DNA of 63,910 nt, the filler included, from Polymyxa betae A26-41 (lineage: Eukaryota > Protista > Endomyxa: Phytomyxea), in the NCBI GenBank assembly GCA_003693705.1. It is 9 parts of 9 records of this genome, joined end to end, with 100 filler letters (N's around TTAATTAATTAA, not from the genome) between each part and the next. Parts side by side here need not be neighbours in the genome. Positions count along the whole stretch, not along the records: positions 22,558 to 30,159 come from RBZT01000072.1; positions 30,260 to 33,971 come from RBZT01000935.1; positions 34,072 to 40,266 come from RBZT01000528.1; 6 more parts are not named here. One strand, written 5' to 3'. The notes below the pieces were generated by a model that did not search any database, was not told the origin of the DNA, and was given only the letters and a program-made list of their open reading frames with translations. A program made the translations under genes and the position numbers. Within the stretch, counting starts at the first letter, position 1, and the number at the start of each line of letters is the position of its first letter. Below are positions 23,381 through 35,683 of this stretch, one piece after another.

Positions 23381-25018
23381 TCAGCAATAGACCGTATTAC
23401 AACCGCTGGAAGAGCTGTTGAGAACGACTCTAACAAGAATAGTCAGAAAAGTAAACAAAACGGGGAATATACCATGGCGCGGGTTGGACTGGTCGATACC
23501 CAATGATAGATTTCTTGAACGAAATGCACGATAATCGTCCGTTAAAATGCCAGAATCAGGGATAAACGCCGGCTCATGTCTAGGTGGTTCCACACGACCA
23601 GCTTGGCAATCCTGGTATCTATTGAAGCACTCTTCAATATCATTACGAAGCCGTTCAACAAAATCCAATATATTTGGATGTCCATTTCCGGTAAAAAGCG
23701 AACAGAAACGCCTGTGGTAACTTTCCAGGGCGTTGTTGGTTCGATTGGCGATTTCCTGGCTGTTGATGCTGTTATAAATATTCCAATCATATGGAGAATA
23801 TTGTCGCATCCATGTCACACGTATATAATTGAAGAAAGTGTCCAGCTTGGCCATTTCCTCATCGTTGGTAAGCTGCAGTTTCTGGCGAAGATACTCAAAC
23901 CCTAAGATGCAAATTTCGTGATGAGGGATGACAGTGAGCACATCAAGAACGCCTGGGCGCATAAGCCTGGCAATGATATCATCTGAAACATGCAGATCTT
24001 TTAGCTGTCTACGATTGGCTTGCTTCCAATGAAACAAGCAGCCAATAACCATTACGTCGTTGCCGAATACACCTAAGATTGATATCAGGAATTTCCCGCT
24101 ATGGAATGCCGAAAATATAAACCTTTGATCCCTTTGATTAAGGCCTTTTCAAAGTCGCAGGTGACCGTGGCGACCCGGATCTTACATCCAATAACAGCAA
24201 CACACATATTCAATGCAAACTGGTAAAGGTAGGTGGATTTACCTGTCATCAAAATATGAAATACTGGTATATACATATCGGTCCCAGCGTCTTTCGCCAT
24301 TATAACTAGGAGCTGATGGAACTTGTCTGGAACCACCTTGAATGTGCTATCAATAAATAGCTGAACTCCTTCGTAACGAAGTATTCTTCGCAAACCCGAA
24401 TTAAACCATCCCACAAGGCGATGTTGCACTGTGGGTGAGGATGGGTCGTACACAGGAGTATTGAAGCAAAGAAATGGCAGCATTCCATCCACAGACAGAG
24501 CCAAGTTGGGGTTTTCAATATCCTGAAGCCTATCGGCTCGCCGACCGCCATGGCGCCTGTTCTCTATACGAGAAATAACCTCGCTCTTGGTCATCATATG
24601 TATTGGTTGGCCAGCATACTTCGTGGTGATGAGATTTCTGACGTCAACCCATAAAGATTCGGCAGTTTTTGAACGTTGAGAAACTGCAAGGTCGTCAATC
24701 ATATCCTTCATCTGAACGAGTATATTGAATCAATTAATACAAATATCCAATATTTTTGGAAACGTACCTCTTCAACAGCATCGACAACAAGAATTGTCTC
24801 AGTGCTGGAATTAAGGCAACAAGTGTGCTCTTTCGAGCTGAATCCTTGGTCAATTGTTCCTTCTGGATCGACAACAATAGCTGCCGGGCATGGATTCGGC
24901 CGTTTCTTTGATTTACGGTAATGACTGCATCTATAGTAATGCTGGCCATTTTTGTACAGTACAGAAATTTTAATCCATCAACGTAGATGGGCGGATGACG
25001 AGGATTGGTCGCAGGCAT
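23381..25018 (-). mobile_element. MULE (Mutator-like) transposase gene with N-terminal FLYWCH-like finger, multi-exon
   Basis: QLFIDSTFKVVP, VTCDFEKALIKG, GCLFHWKQA and RTNNALESYHRRF. It is colinear with the copy at 62676-63910. Confidence 0.85.
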
Positions 25019-25940
25019 GTTAATTGCAGATCAGGAATTTAACTCAAAAGAATTTGCAGATTTAACTACGTTATTACTCACTGTGTACGCATATTTTACG
25101 GACTTGAACATTTAATTGAACATTGAACGAAAAATTGGTCATTTTAAGGAATCCGCCATTTCGGGTCTTCGGGACAGTTTAAACTTGTCACTGTGGACGA
25201 CGAAGACGCAGCTCTATTCTGCGCAACCTCCAGATTTGACTTGTCACCTTTTGCTCTCCTGACACATTTGTTTGTAGATCATGGCGCCGGCAACTGATAC
25301 TAACGATACTGAGTGCCTTTCTAGGCGACATTAATCGCTAGTGTCTGGCTGCGATAATCCAGATCGGACGTTTTTGCTTCCATTCGTACCAGTCAAAAAC
25401 TGCAGGGCACCATAACTAGAGATCTAGATACCATTTCAGCATAATTCTCACTTAATCTGCCACAATCTGATCATCGTCAAACAATATCACACCGGGAGAA
25501 GCTACGAATGACTGAAGCCTTTCCCAACCGGTTTGGAAAAAACGCCGAGCTTGATCGGCTTCTGTATGATTTCCGCCGTGCTGCGCTCTGAGCTGTTCGG
25601 TGCATCCGCGACCATCACTCATCCGATCCGGACGCATTCTTTTCGACCTGGGGCCCTTCATTCGCATATTCCAATTGGGCCGAAAAAATGATTCGCATCG
25701 GCTGCAGTTTATAATCGACGACATCCGAGCCAGCTGCACGGATGAAGTTCTGCTGGAGTAGATCTCATCTCCGGATTTCATTACGTTCCTGCTGACCGAT
25801 ACAGGGGGGGGGAGACAGGCTATCTTTGGCAATATACCAAGGACTCCGAATTTGCAAAAATGCTGCGCCAGATAAAAACATAATTGGTATTGTCCGAATA
25901 TAAATATAGAACATCTGTGCTCAAATAAATGTGAGATGCC

Positions 25941-28441
25941 CAGGCCTCTACATATAAGGTAAATGCCGAATATGCCGATTTTCGGTAAAAAACGGCATCG
26001 GATAGGATCAATATAAGGCATATAAGGCAAAATTACATAAACTCCAACAATGCGGGGCTTTTATTTTGAATTGGCAACGAATTGACGACAGTGAAGGATT
26101 CCTTCGAGCGAAAACTTGCTCAGGGCACTTCGATGAGCATCCTTTTCCCATTTCAAGACCGAGAAGTCCGATTCGACTGTTGCAGTGTTCGGAAACGGAC
26201 AAGCCAAGCGTCCAAAGAACTCAACTAACTCCGGGAAACGATCTTTCAGTCCAGGAATAGCCCAAGCTTCCTGAAAGTCGGAGTTTGCACCAAGTTTCGC
26301 AAGTGCACCGGGCAGACGAGGTTCCAGTCTGTTGGCCTCTATGAGCAATTTATGCTGCTCAACAATCCGATCGATCTTGGAGGCGTCCCAAGAATGCATA
26401 AGTCGAGAGTGGTACGACATGACGAGTTCAGTCACATCGCGAGGCTTTAGTGCAACAATCTCTTGAGGTAACGTTGGCGGATGAATGTAATCAGCGGCTT
26501 CTCCTCGAACTGCAGATACTTTTACCAGCCCTTCCAGAATGAACGAAAGGAATTCTGCCATTAACTGGCACACGTTGACCGCATCCAAATTGCCCAACTG
26601 TTGAAGTGACTGAAACACAAAGATTCCTTGGTCTTTGAGAAATCCAGAAAGCTCCTCTTTCGAGAATCCCCAACAGCCAATTATGAAATCAAATGCCCGC
26701 TCATTTGTTTCAAACTCCGGACTGTTCAAGGGCCCTTCAACAAAGGCGCATCTTTTCAGGTTAGCAATCAACTGATCGACTTCATGCGTTTGGGTTGAAA
26801 GCGTCACTGTTTTGCCTTGAAGCTTCTGCACGACAAGATTGACCTGAGTGGAGATATCGGCAACCGCAGCGAGAAGAATCCACCATTTTGCGTCGGGTCT
26901 AAAACGTATTGAATCACCTCCTTCTTCCTCAATCCTGTCAAAATGGTCGAAGATATCTGCTCGATGTTCAAGAAAAAAACGGGAAACACGGCTCATTGAC
27001 ACCCAACGGGTGGCAGATAACAGGGGACACACCGCCTGGATTTTATCGCAGAAAAGCTTCTGCTTCCGACGATGCGAGACCAGGCTGGTTAGGGTCTTCA
27101 AATATCGGCCCTCATCGATAGACTTGAATGCCTTCTGCGAGACAATGTCAATTTGATGTAATAGGCATCAGACCCGGATGAAGCCTGTATTCGTGATTTC
27201 CTGCTGGATGCGTGTAACGACACCAGAAATGCTACCAGTCATGTTCGCAGCACCATCTGTTGAACAGGCAATGAGTTTGCTAGGCCAATCCGGACAAAAC
27301 GCCTGAAACAGTTTGGTGAACATCTCGAACATTGCCGCCCCACTATGACGTCCTTCAAAAGGAACTGCAATCACATGAAGATTATGAATCTTAGCGGCTT
27401 GAAAGAACCGAACCCTAACATCGATGAACGAGGTCCCGTGAATATCTGTGGAGCCGTCAAGTGCAACAGAAAACGCCCAGCATGTAGTTAAAGCGTCCAT
27501 AATTGCTTGAAACGAGGCGGCGTAAGCAATGCGGACATATTTCGCAACATGGAGCTCGTTGCAAAAGCCCAGCTTAGGACAGTAAGTATTTGCTTGGCGT
27601 CTTGGATTGCTGCGGCGGCCATTCTGAAAGACATTCCATGCCCAACAAAACGCACAGCAAGCTCGAATTGTTTGACTTGGTTCACTTTTACAGTATATAC
27701 TTCGTGGTCGGCATCAAAAACAAAAAATGACGTAGATTCCTGAGCGTTTGGCGGTAAAAGCATGTCCGAAATGATCACATCGACAATTTTCTTGTTGAAT
27801 TGGAATCGCAGCGTGGAAGATCATGGCTCCAAATACGCCTCGAGTTTGTTCGCATGCTTTTCGCTTTCAGAAACGTCAAAGAATGATTCCATTTCTTCCT
27901 TTGAACTCGACTTGTACTCCTTCCATTTGGTTGGGAGGTCCTTCAAGTGGTGTTGACGATAGTTCTCCGGCCGGAAGGGCGGACCTTCAAAGGTCCAACA
28001 GCTGGATGTACTCTTGGAGTTCGCTTCTCGCCCAAACGATATACAAAATCGGCAACGCACAGCAACGACAGCAGATGACAAAGGATCTCTCGCTGAAATA
28101 GCTAATCCATACTCTACCAAGTGTGTTTTCTGAAAAGGAGTTAACCGCGATCCAGCAGAACCTTTACGAGCCCTTTTTGCAGCAGGTTCTTGAAAGCCGG
28201 CTTCTGTTCCTGCCTCAGGATTTTCATGAAGGGAAGGCATAGATCGTCGATGTCAGCAAATTCCAGGTCGATTTGAGCTGCAGTTCTACAGAGAGGGATC
28301 TACGGACTGCAGAACAGCGAAAATTTCTCATATCAATTCAAAAAACTGATAAAAATATTTTTTTAAAAACGGCATCCCATCGAAGTGAAAAAACGGCATT
28401 TAAGGCATCTATAAATAGATTGCCTTATATGTAGAGGCCTG
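25941..28441 (-). mobile_element. Complete-ended hAT DNA transposon (2.5 kb)
   Basis: 19-bp TIR CAGGCCTCTACATATAAGG (25941-25959 / 28423-28441) and 8-bp TSD GAGATGCC (25933-25940, 28442-28449). Confidence 0.93.
26061..28240 (-). pseudogene. hAT transposase, disrupted
   Basis: FSVALDGSTD, ACSTDGAANMTG, RV*CLLHQ, TRWVSM and PNTATVESDFSVLKWEK. In-frame TGA at 27821 and 27168 plus a frameshift near 27580. Confidence 0.85.
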
Positions 28442-28722
28442 GAGATGCCCATAGTGAGAAATTTTTCTATCCGCAAGAGGATAGATGGGCTGCGTTTCCG
28501 CCAGATTCTTGGCGGATGGAAAACTGCGCCTTCCGCCAACCACCCCAGCTTTCTTTCCTTTCAATGGCGATAAGACGATAGATAACTCGCTTGTAACATG
28601 TCTTCTCGGATGGTGTTTCAAGTACAGTATGATACAATTTTTTTTATAGATTTCTTGGGATTTCGCGTGTTTCTAGCATTATACTACTGAATAACGATAA
28701 AATGGGGATGGAAGAGAGATAA

Positions 28723-29011
28723 GAGCCTGTTCCAAGTGAAAAAATGCGGAAAATAAATGAGCAACCCTCCAATCAGATTTGCGATCTATTTCTAGCATCG
28801 CATTTATTGAAAATGAGCTCCGCAACCTGATTTTCAATTAAATGTGATATAATAACAATCCCTAGAAACATCGCAGTGGTTGGCGCCACGCAATTCGCAG
28901 AACTCACGATCTCATTTATTACCTTATTTAAATACAGTCATTTTCAGCATTTTTCGGATGTCATACCTGGACCGCATTTTTTTATCGCATTTTTTCACTT
29001 GGAACAGGCTC
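28723..29011. mobile_element. Tourist-type (Harbinger) MITE, 289 bp
   Basis: Perfect 26-bp TIR GAGCCTGTTCCAAGTGAAAAAATGCG with a TAA TSD on both sides. Confidence 0.9.
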
Positions 29012-29459
29012 TAAATATATTCACGGAATAGCCCAATGTCTACCACGAGCGATGACGACTCGTTTTCGCTTCGAGCATCTAAAGCAGTCAGGATACCATA
29101 CTACATGACAGGATTCGTCAGATTGGCCAAAGCGGATTGACTGCGCCCAATTGTAAATCGCATTGAAGGAGGCCCGCGAAAGGACCTATTATCGATCTGC
29201 ATTCCTTTTGTTAGTAAAAAGACAGAGCAGACGATGGCCTCTACAGAACTTTGGACGGCCACCGATACCGATGCGATTAGAGCCCCAACCTGTCAGTGAT
29301 CCATATTACAGCGATAAAAATCGAATTATAGACCACGGGAAGGTCAATAACACTTATAGAAATAACTATCGAGAAACTCGCAATTTTATTGGTGGGGACT
29401 CTATAATTTTATCGCGATATTCTGCTTGAAACAGCCTCTTTGATGAAACGAATCACAGC

Positions 29460-29723
29460 CGTATATTATTTTCGTCGCAATAGAATTTTTAGGTGCTGGC
29501 ATTAAACAGGCATTTTCCTCCCTTTCTGTGATCAATCGCGATCACGTCTTTCGACCATCCGCCAACAGACTGGCGGATGCGCTCCTATCTATCCACTGGT
29601 TGATAGAAAAATGTTCTCAGTGCCCTGTCGAATGGTGTCATAGCGATTGATCACAGGAACCTCGAAAGATGCCCGTTTAATGCCAGCAGATAAATATTCT
29701 ATTATCGACGAAATGAATATACG
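29460..29723. repeat. Foldback/MITE-like element with about 80-bp imperfect inverted arms
   Basis: CGTATATT..TTTCGTCG..ATAGAAT..TGCTGGCATTAAAC..CTGTGATCAATCGC at 29460-29540 is mirrored at 29643-29723. Confidence 0.65.
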
Positions 29724-29906
29724 ATAGTTTTACAGTTTTAGAGATGTTCTTTGATAAAGGGAAGAACTTTGAGCTGGAGGAAGGCGCAGTTTTCCATCCT
29801 CCAACAGGCTGGCGGATGAGCAGCCCATCTATCCACTTGCGGATAGAAAAATTTCCCGCATAGTATCGTAGAGTAATGTCGGAGTGAACATTATCTCAGA
29901 AAAACG

Positions 29907-29978
29907 TCCGATATAGTACAGGGGTTAGTATATCAGTCTTTCACATTGAAGACCGGGGTTCGAGTCCCCGTATCGGAA
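29907..29978 (+). tRNA. tRNA-Glu (TTC)
   Basis: TCCGATATAGTACAGGGGTTAGTATATCAGTCTTTCACATTGAAGACCGGGGTTCGAGTCCCCGTATCGGAA forms a cloverleaf with anticodon loop CTTTCAC. A T7 terminator follows. Confidence 0.93.
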
Positions 29979-30159
29979 TCATTTTTTTCGACTTGCAAGA
30001 CTCTGTTACGTTCAATATCGATCAAGGCCAACAGAGAAACTTGATTCAAGAAAGAATGGTAGAAATTCTGCTTGAAAAAGACATGTCAGCACGTGAGCCA
30101 ACCAATGAGTAGTGAGTAATGACTAAAGCCAATATTTGGGTTGATACTGAAACGTTAAG

Positions 30160-30259
30160 NNNNNNNNNNNNNNNNNNNNNNNNNNNNNNNNNNNNNNNNN
30201 NNNTTAATTAATTAANNNNNNNNNNNNNNNNNNNNNNNNNNNNNNNNNNNNNNNNNNNN
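30160..30259. other. Artificial contig linker
   Basis: N44-TTAATTAATTAA-N44. Confidence 0.97.
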
Positions 30260-30740
30260 TGTCCACAGTAATGTTACGTGCAAAATTCCAAATCGTTTTC
30301 GGAGCGCGTCTTGAGAAGATCATCATCCATCCAACTCGTGTTTTCTCCCACAAAGTGTATTTGAAGCTATTAATTGACGACCTCTGTGAGTTCGAACCGA
30401 GCACTTCTCTCACAATCACGGAATCAAATGCTGAGGCATTCCTACGAAAGCCATCGGCGGGAAATTATGACGAAATTTGGCAATCGTCGTCATTCTCCAG
30501 AAGCACAGACGTGCTTGGATTAGTTCAGTCCAGAAATACGAATCAGTTGCAATTTCCATCTTCGTTCAAAAATCCTTCAAAACATCCTTTTGACTCGCTT
30601 AAAACTCCTTCCAAAGATCCTGTTGATAACTTCAAATCTAACCTGGAAGCCCTGGATTTAGCCTCGAATATGATTTCTAGTAACACAAAGACAGGATATA
30701 ACGAGAAACGAACTACACATAAGTCTAACAGTCATCTTCA

Positions 30741-30996
30741 TTCATCTCGTCCATCTGGTGAGACCAGGAAGCGGAATGCCGTTGAATGCTTTTAAATCGT
30801 TTACACAGGAAACACATATAATGGAAAGCGAATCCCATTGAAGTCGCATTCTCAACTCCCTTCATCTCGTCCATCTGGTTGGAAGTGTCAGCGGATTTTT
30901 GTCGAATATTTTTAAGTCGTTTAAACAGGGAAACCATATCATGGAGAGCGAACCCCATTAAAGTCGCATTCTCAGCTTCATTTATCTTCTCCATCT
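30741..30996 (-). repeat. 120-bp (40-codon) tandem repeat, about 2.1 units
   Basis: CATCTCGTCCATCTGG at 30743 and 30863. Minus-strand translation repeats ENATxMGFAxHxMxxLxKRxKxI...QMDEM. Confidence 0.7.
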
Positions 30997-31756
30997 TCTA
31001 GGTCTGGTCGGACCAGTAAGCGGGATTATATCGAATGATTTTTTTTGAGCAGCTTCTTGGCATTTCATTTATTCCATTCATAACTTTTTCTTCGGTCCGT
31101 GTTGTGCTTGAAGTTCAATTTTTGCAAAAGCTGTCCAATTCTGTTATCGAACATTGTACCAACATGTTGATCGACCCAGCAATATATTCGCTGTTAATCC
31201 TTTCCATGTTGTTGAGCGTTCTCTGTAGGTTGGACTCGGCGAACCACTGTCTGGGGGTCCGCTGGTATCGGAGGAGTCGCTGGCTTTGCCGCAATTGCAA
31301 AAATATTCAGTGGCTGCCGCCGTCGATCTAATCACAATGAATCCGTCTCTGAATATGACCCTGCTTCTATGGAATATGACACTAATTAACTACTTGAGAT
31401 TGTCGAATAATATCGTCAGATGAATGTATGGAGGTGAAATAAATTCCCAGTTGTGCTTTGCAGTCCTTGAAAGCGATGTTCTGAATTTAGAGCAACAATG
31501 GTAGCTTTAAACGATAATCGACCTTCTAGGCCGAAGTCGAGTAGCATAGGCTTTTCATACGAGCTAATCCGGCCTAATGCAGCCTTCATCTGCAGCATTC
31601 AAACCTCCCTTCGCCAGGCAAAATGTTGTGACAGAGTAGCAAGCGATTTTCGAAGTTAATTCAATTGCAGAGTCCTGATATGATGCTTGCTAAACATGGC
31701 TATCAGATGGAATATCTTTTCAAAAAGCACATAGTACCGATAAGACAAGCAGGGCA

Positions 31757-33875
31757 TGTTAAGACAGCGAACACGACGGGAACTGCACTGGGCTGCGCCG
31801 AGGGCGCTGACCACCTGGTGCTGGACTAGGTAACTGGCTGCTGGCCACGTGCGCCGGCAGCCGGACTTGTTACGACCCATCTTCTGTCCTAAATAAATTG
31901 AGCACTTGATTCTGGATACTAATACGTCTGCATCTGAACGTAGATAGTATGGCATCATCAGACGCTGAGTCCAGACCCGGATCATCTTCGTCCAGACCCG
32001 GATTATCTGCTCAACAGATTATGGGCCCAGACACTATCCGAGCTTACACCGGGGAAAAGCTAAATGGAAAGAACTGGGGCGCGTTCGAGTTCGGGTTTAC
32101 GGCTTACCTAATTGGTTACGATTTAGTCGGCTCCCTGAACTCGGACATCGCGAATAAAGCGATGCAAAACAAGATTTTCTCAGTGCTGATCGCTGCGCTG
32201 GAGTCAAGTCAGTACGTCTTAGTGAATAAGACGAAAACGCCGAGCGAGGCGTGGCCCGCTTTGAAGTCGTTCTACAGGAAGCGGAGTGGACAGTCGATTC
32301 TCATCCTAACGCAAAAGTTCCGTCATGCAAAGTTGACGGAATCAGGAGATCTATACGCTCATCTGGCGATGATGTCGAGTTTGGCCGACGAACTGGACGA
32401 GGTAACGGGGTCTAAGATTAGGGATGAAGATTTTATGACGACTGTATGCTTTTCAATAATGGGCGCACAGCGGTACGCCAACGTAATTGAAATTATCATG
32501 AACGGGCCGGTACTGCAGAGGACCGAGCTCACAAACAAGCTAATGGCCACGGAACAGCGATTCAAGACGGTTGAAGAGCAGAAGACCGAGCCCGAGACCG
32601 CTTTGAAAGCGACATCGGGGAAAAAGAACAAAACGAAGAAGAAGGGGACGTGTTACAATTGTGGGAAGAGCGGTCACTTTGCAAGAGACTGCAGGTCCAA
32701 GACGAAGACTTCAAGTCTAGAATCAGCGAACAAGGCGACTGCCGACACCGAGTTCCTGTTTGCAGCACAATTGGGCGGGAGCGACGCGACTAACGGAATG
32801 TCTGGCTCTTGGATCCTCGGCAGTGGAGCATCTGCACATATGGTTGCTTCGATGGGACTGCTCATGAACCCGGAGCCTGTCAACAGTACAATCAAGGTCG
32901 TGATCTGTGACGGAAGTACACTTACAGCGACGCATAAGGGCCAGGCCATCATTCCGCCGGACGTGAAGTTGAGGGATGTTCTTTATGTTCCTGGACTTAA
33001 AGAGAATCTGTTCTCAGTGAGCGCGGCGTCCACAATCACAGGAGTGAAGGTCATGATTGAGAAAGGGCTTTGCAAGGTAATGCAGAATGGTCGAATTGCA
33101 CTGACCGCGGGGAAGCACGGTGGCGTATTCCGAGTCATGGCAGCGACTGCAACCGAAGAGCAGAAAGAAGGAGATATCATCGATTATCATCGCCGGTGCG
33201 GACATACCAACTTCAAGACCATCACGCTGATGAGCAAAACTGGAATATTGCCGCCAATAAGAGATCAAGAAGGCGTCAAAGACGATTCGTGTCAAACCTG
33301 TATGAAGGGAAAGATGACGAGAGCTCCGATACCGAAAGCTGCGACGAACCGAAGACGAACGACTGGCGAATTGATTCATAGTGACCTATGCGGCCCAATG
33401 AGGACAAGATCGTTGCAAGGGAGCATCTATATGGTCACTTACCTGGACGACAGTACCGGATGGATCCACCTGAATTTCTTAAAGGAGAAGTCAAAACAGC
33501 TGAAAGCGTTCAAAGCGTTCCAATCAGCATTTGAGAATCAGACTGAGGTGAAGATCAAGTGTTTGAGAAGTGATGGAGGAGGTGAATATTCGGGCGAGAT
33601 CGTGCACGACTACCTTAAAGATAACGGCATCAAATGGGAACGATCTGCACATAGGACGCCTCAACAAAATGGGCGTGCAGAACGACTGAACCGGACCATA
33701 ATGGAAATGGCACGCTGCCTGTTGATCGACGCCGGACTGGGGCACGAATACTGGCAATATGCCGCTGCGATGGCAGCATATATCCGAAATCGCACGCCGA
33801 CCTCAAGCAATCCCAACATGGAGTCACCGTACGAAATGCTGTGGGGATCTAAACCAGATCTAAGTAATCTTCCAC
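31757..33875 (+). mobile_element. 5' part of a Ty1/copia LTR retrotransposon (LTR 31757-32016, PBS, gag-PR-IN), 3'-truncated
   Basis: TGTTAAG...CTCAACA LTR with AATAAA, followed by a copia-type PBS GATTATGGGCCCAG (32017-32030). Homology stops at a TAGGGTTAGGGTT motif. Confidence 0.85.
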
Positions 33876-33916
33876 TAGGGTTAGGGTTGCTACACGTGTT
33901 TTTTTTTACTTTCTAG
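32021..33916 (+). CDS. Copia gag-pol (zinc knuckle, protease, integrase; RT missing)
   Basis: CYNCGKSGHFARDC; protease site WILGSGAS (catalytic D replaced by G); HRRCGH..CQTC; IHSDLCGP, LRSDGGGEY, QQNGRAERLNRT. Confidence 0.9.
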   Translation: MGPDTIRAYTGEKLNGKNWGAFEFGFTAYLIGYDLVGSLNSDIANKAMQNKIFSVLIAALESSQYVLVNKTKTPSEAWPALKSFYRKRSGQSILILTQKFRHAKLTESGDLYAHLAMMSSLADELDEVTGSKIRDEDFMTTVCFSIMGAQRYANVIEIIMNGPVLQRTELTNKLMATEQRFKTVEEQKTEPETALKATSGKKNKTKKKGTCYNCGKSGHFARDCRSKTKTSSLESANKATADTEFLFAAQLGGSDATNGMSGSWILGSGASAHMVASMGLLMNPEPVNSTIKVVICDGSTLTATHKGQAIIPPDVKLRDVLYVPGLKENLFSVSAASTITGVKVMIEKGLCKVMQNGRIALTAGKHGGVFRVMAATATEEQKEGDIIDYHRRCGHTNFKTITLMSKTGILPPIRDQEGVKDDSCQTCMKGKMTRAPIPKAATNRRRTTGELIHSDLCGPMRTRSLQGSIYMVTYLDDSTGWIHLNFLKEKSKQLKAFKAFQSAFENQTEVKIKCLRSDGGGEYSGEIVHDYLKDNGIKWERSAHRTPQQNGRAERLNRTIMEMARCLLIDAGLGHEYWQYAAAMAAYIRNRTPTSSNPNMESPYEMLWGSKPDLSNLPLGLGLLHVFFFTF

Positions 33917-33971
33917 GAACTTTTTTCCAGCTATCCGTTTATCTGGTGTCCCGACACCTCCTTACCAATTT

Positions 33972-34071
33972 NNNNNNNNNNNNNNNNNNNNNNNNNNNNN
34001 NNNNNNNNNNNNNNNTTAATTAATTAANNNNNNNNNNNNNNNNNNNNNNNNNNNNNNNNNNNNNNNNNNNN
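33972..34071. other. Artificial contig linker
   Basis: N44-TTAATTAATTAA-N44. Confidence 0.97.
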
Positions 34072-35158
34072 TCCAATCGCGATACGCTACTAAAATGACA
34101 CACACGAATTACAGCTCGTTATCAACTCTGATTTATTCCAGCTCGAATCCCAGGACCCAAATCCAGCTCGGTCCGTACGGATGCCGTACGGACCTCTCGG
34201 GGGTCGAGCCTATTAATATTAAGGTACGTCGTCATACTTTCATCAGGTTCGCATCTTTGTTATGCATCAGATTTATGCGTCCGTCATCAGGAGCCATTGC
34301 GTGCGCAGTTCGTCAAACTGCGTACGCTGTTTTTTTGGGAATTCAGAATTTTATATTATTATTTTAATAAATCTGATACAGAGTTTAGGAATCTGAGCTT
34401 TCGCCTGAGAAATTGAATTATAGTACGAGAATCTTAAAATGAGGCCAAACTTTACAAACGGACAAGATAAAATCTGGATGGAACCTGCATGTAGATTTCG
34501 GAAGTTGCTCGTTGGGAATTCAGATCTACAGGAGCCCTACGCTGCTGCAACACTCTTTTCACAACTTCAAAAAACTTCTTCCAATTCAAGTTGAATTTCA
34601 TATTCTGATGATGTCTTTATAATCGTCATTAGATTCATCAATGAGATAAAAGTCAAAGATGAAGAAAAAAACTCCAACATTTTAACGGTATTTTGGATTA
34701 TGAGGCATGTTGCGACCATGTTTGAGACCGCTCAGGGGATCATCTTCGATAGTACCGTGATACATGAAGTGATCAGATGTCATGCCCATTGAGCATGACA
34801 GTACTCGCAGCCGCCCAGCCGACCACCAGGCAGTCGTACTGGCAACGAAATCTGGTGCAGGACGCCCTTCGTTGGCCTTGAGCATCACAGAATGCTGAGC
34901 AAACAAAAAGCGGAATGATTCGTAATAATTTGATGTTGGGAAGAACGCCGTCTGGGCATAACTTTTTGTAATGAAGTAGCCTTGAGGTAGTTGATCAGAC
35001 CAAGCTGAAAATACGGTTGATGCAGCGGTCGGTGAGCTGGACTCCGTTTCTCAGGTGGGTTTTAACAAAATCTTCAAGAGTTTTGTTCATGATGATCTTC
35101 TATCATCCAGATGAAACTGACGGCTGAAAAATAGAAATGATCTGATATCGAATCAAGA

Positions 35159-35683
35159 GCCGCTACGCGGCTGGTGTAGTTGGTTCATATGAGCGCAGCC
35201 ACCGTGAGGTGCTGGGTTCGAATCAAGGTCAAGAATGGTTTTTTTTATCATTATACAGCATCCCAAAGCGGTACCAATTTGTGAAGCTAGTGGGGTACGG
35301 GGTGCGACTCCCTGTATGGATTGGTCCAGTGACTACCCTATTCACCATGGCAGGTCATTACTCACTTCTACAAGTGCTCTTAGCGGCCGTTGGACATTGG
35401 CAAACCCTTCATAAAAGTTGCCAGCATTTGGGCGAAAAGCAAGTGTCGAGCAAGCTCCCCTGATGGTTGAACTGCATTTCGACATGGTCAGGCGCCCCAG
35501 TGACTGAGTCCCATCAAGGTCACCGTATCCAAGAAAGGCGTAATCTCTATGTTATGTTACTGCAAAAACATATGAACTCGACAATTCCGTGAGGGGTCGG
35601 GCCCAGCGCAAGGGTTAATGCGTCGCCTACCTCACTCATATCTATATATGGGTGTAATAAATAGATAAATCCAATCCAATCCA
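35159..35683 (+). mobile_element. tRNA-derived SINE, full length (525 bp)
   Basis: A-box TGGTGTAGTTGG and B-box GGTTCGAATC in the head, a (AATCC)n tail, and a perfect 16-bp TSD TGATATCGAATCAAGA at 35143-35158 and 35684-35699. Confidence 0.88.

Larger units (their letters stand above)
28455..29860. repeat. Non-autonomous element bounded by about 85-bp imperfect inverted repeats
   Basis: GAAATTTTTCTATCCGCAAGAGGATAGATGGGCTGC...GGATGGAAAACTGCGCCTTCC at about 28458-28534 is inverted at about 29779-29855. Partial copies occur at about 29555-29620 and 50515-50585. Confidence 0.7.

Noticed and set aside
26061-28240. Stop-codon reassignment (TGA read-through) suggested by in-frame TGAs in hAT, Mug135-like and other ORFs
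   Set aside because: The same sequences also carry frameshifts or TAA stops, and TGA terminates apparently intact genes (7231). Ordinary decay explains it.
35165-35237. Functional tRNA gene
   Set aside because: It has no proper acceptor or anticodon stems; it is the SINE head.
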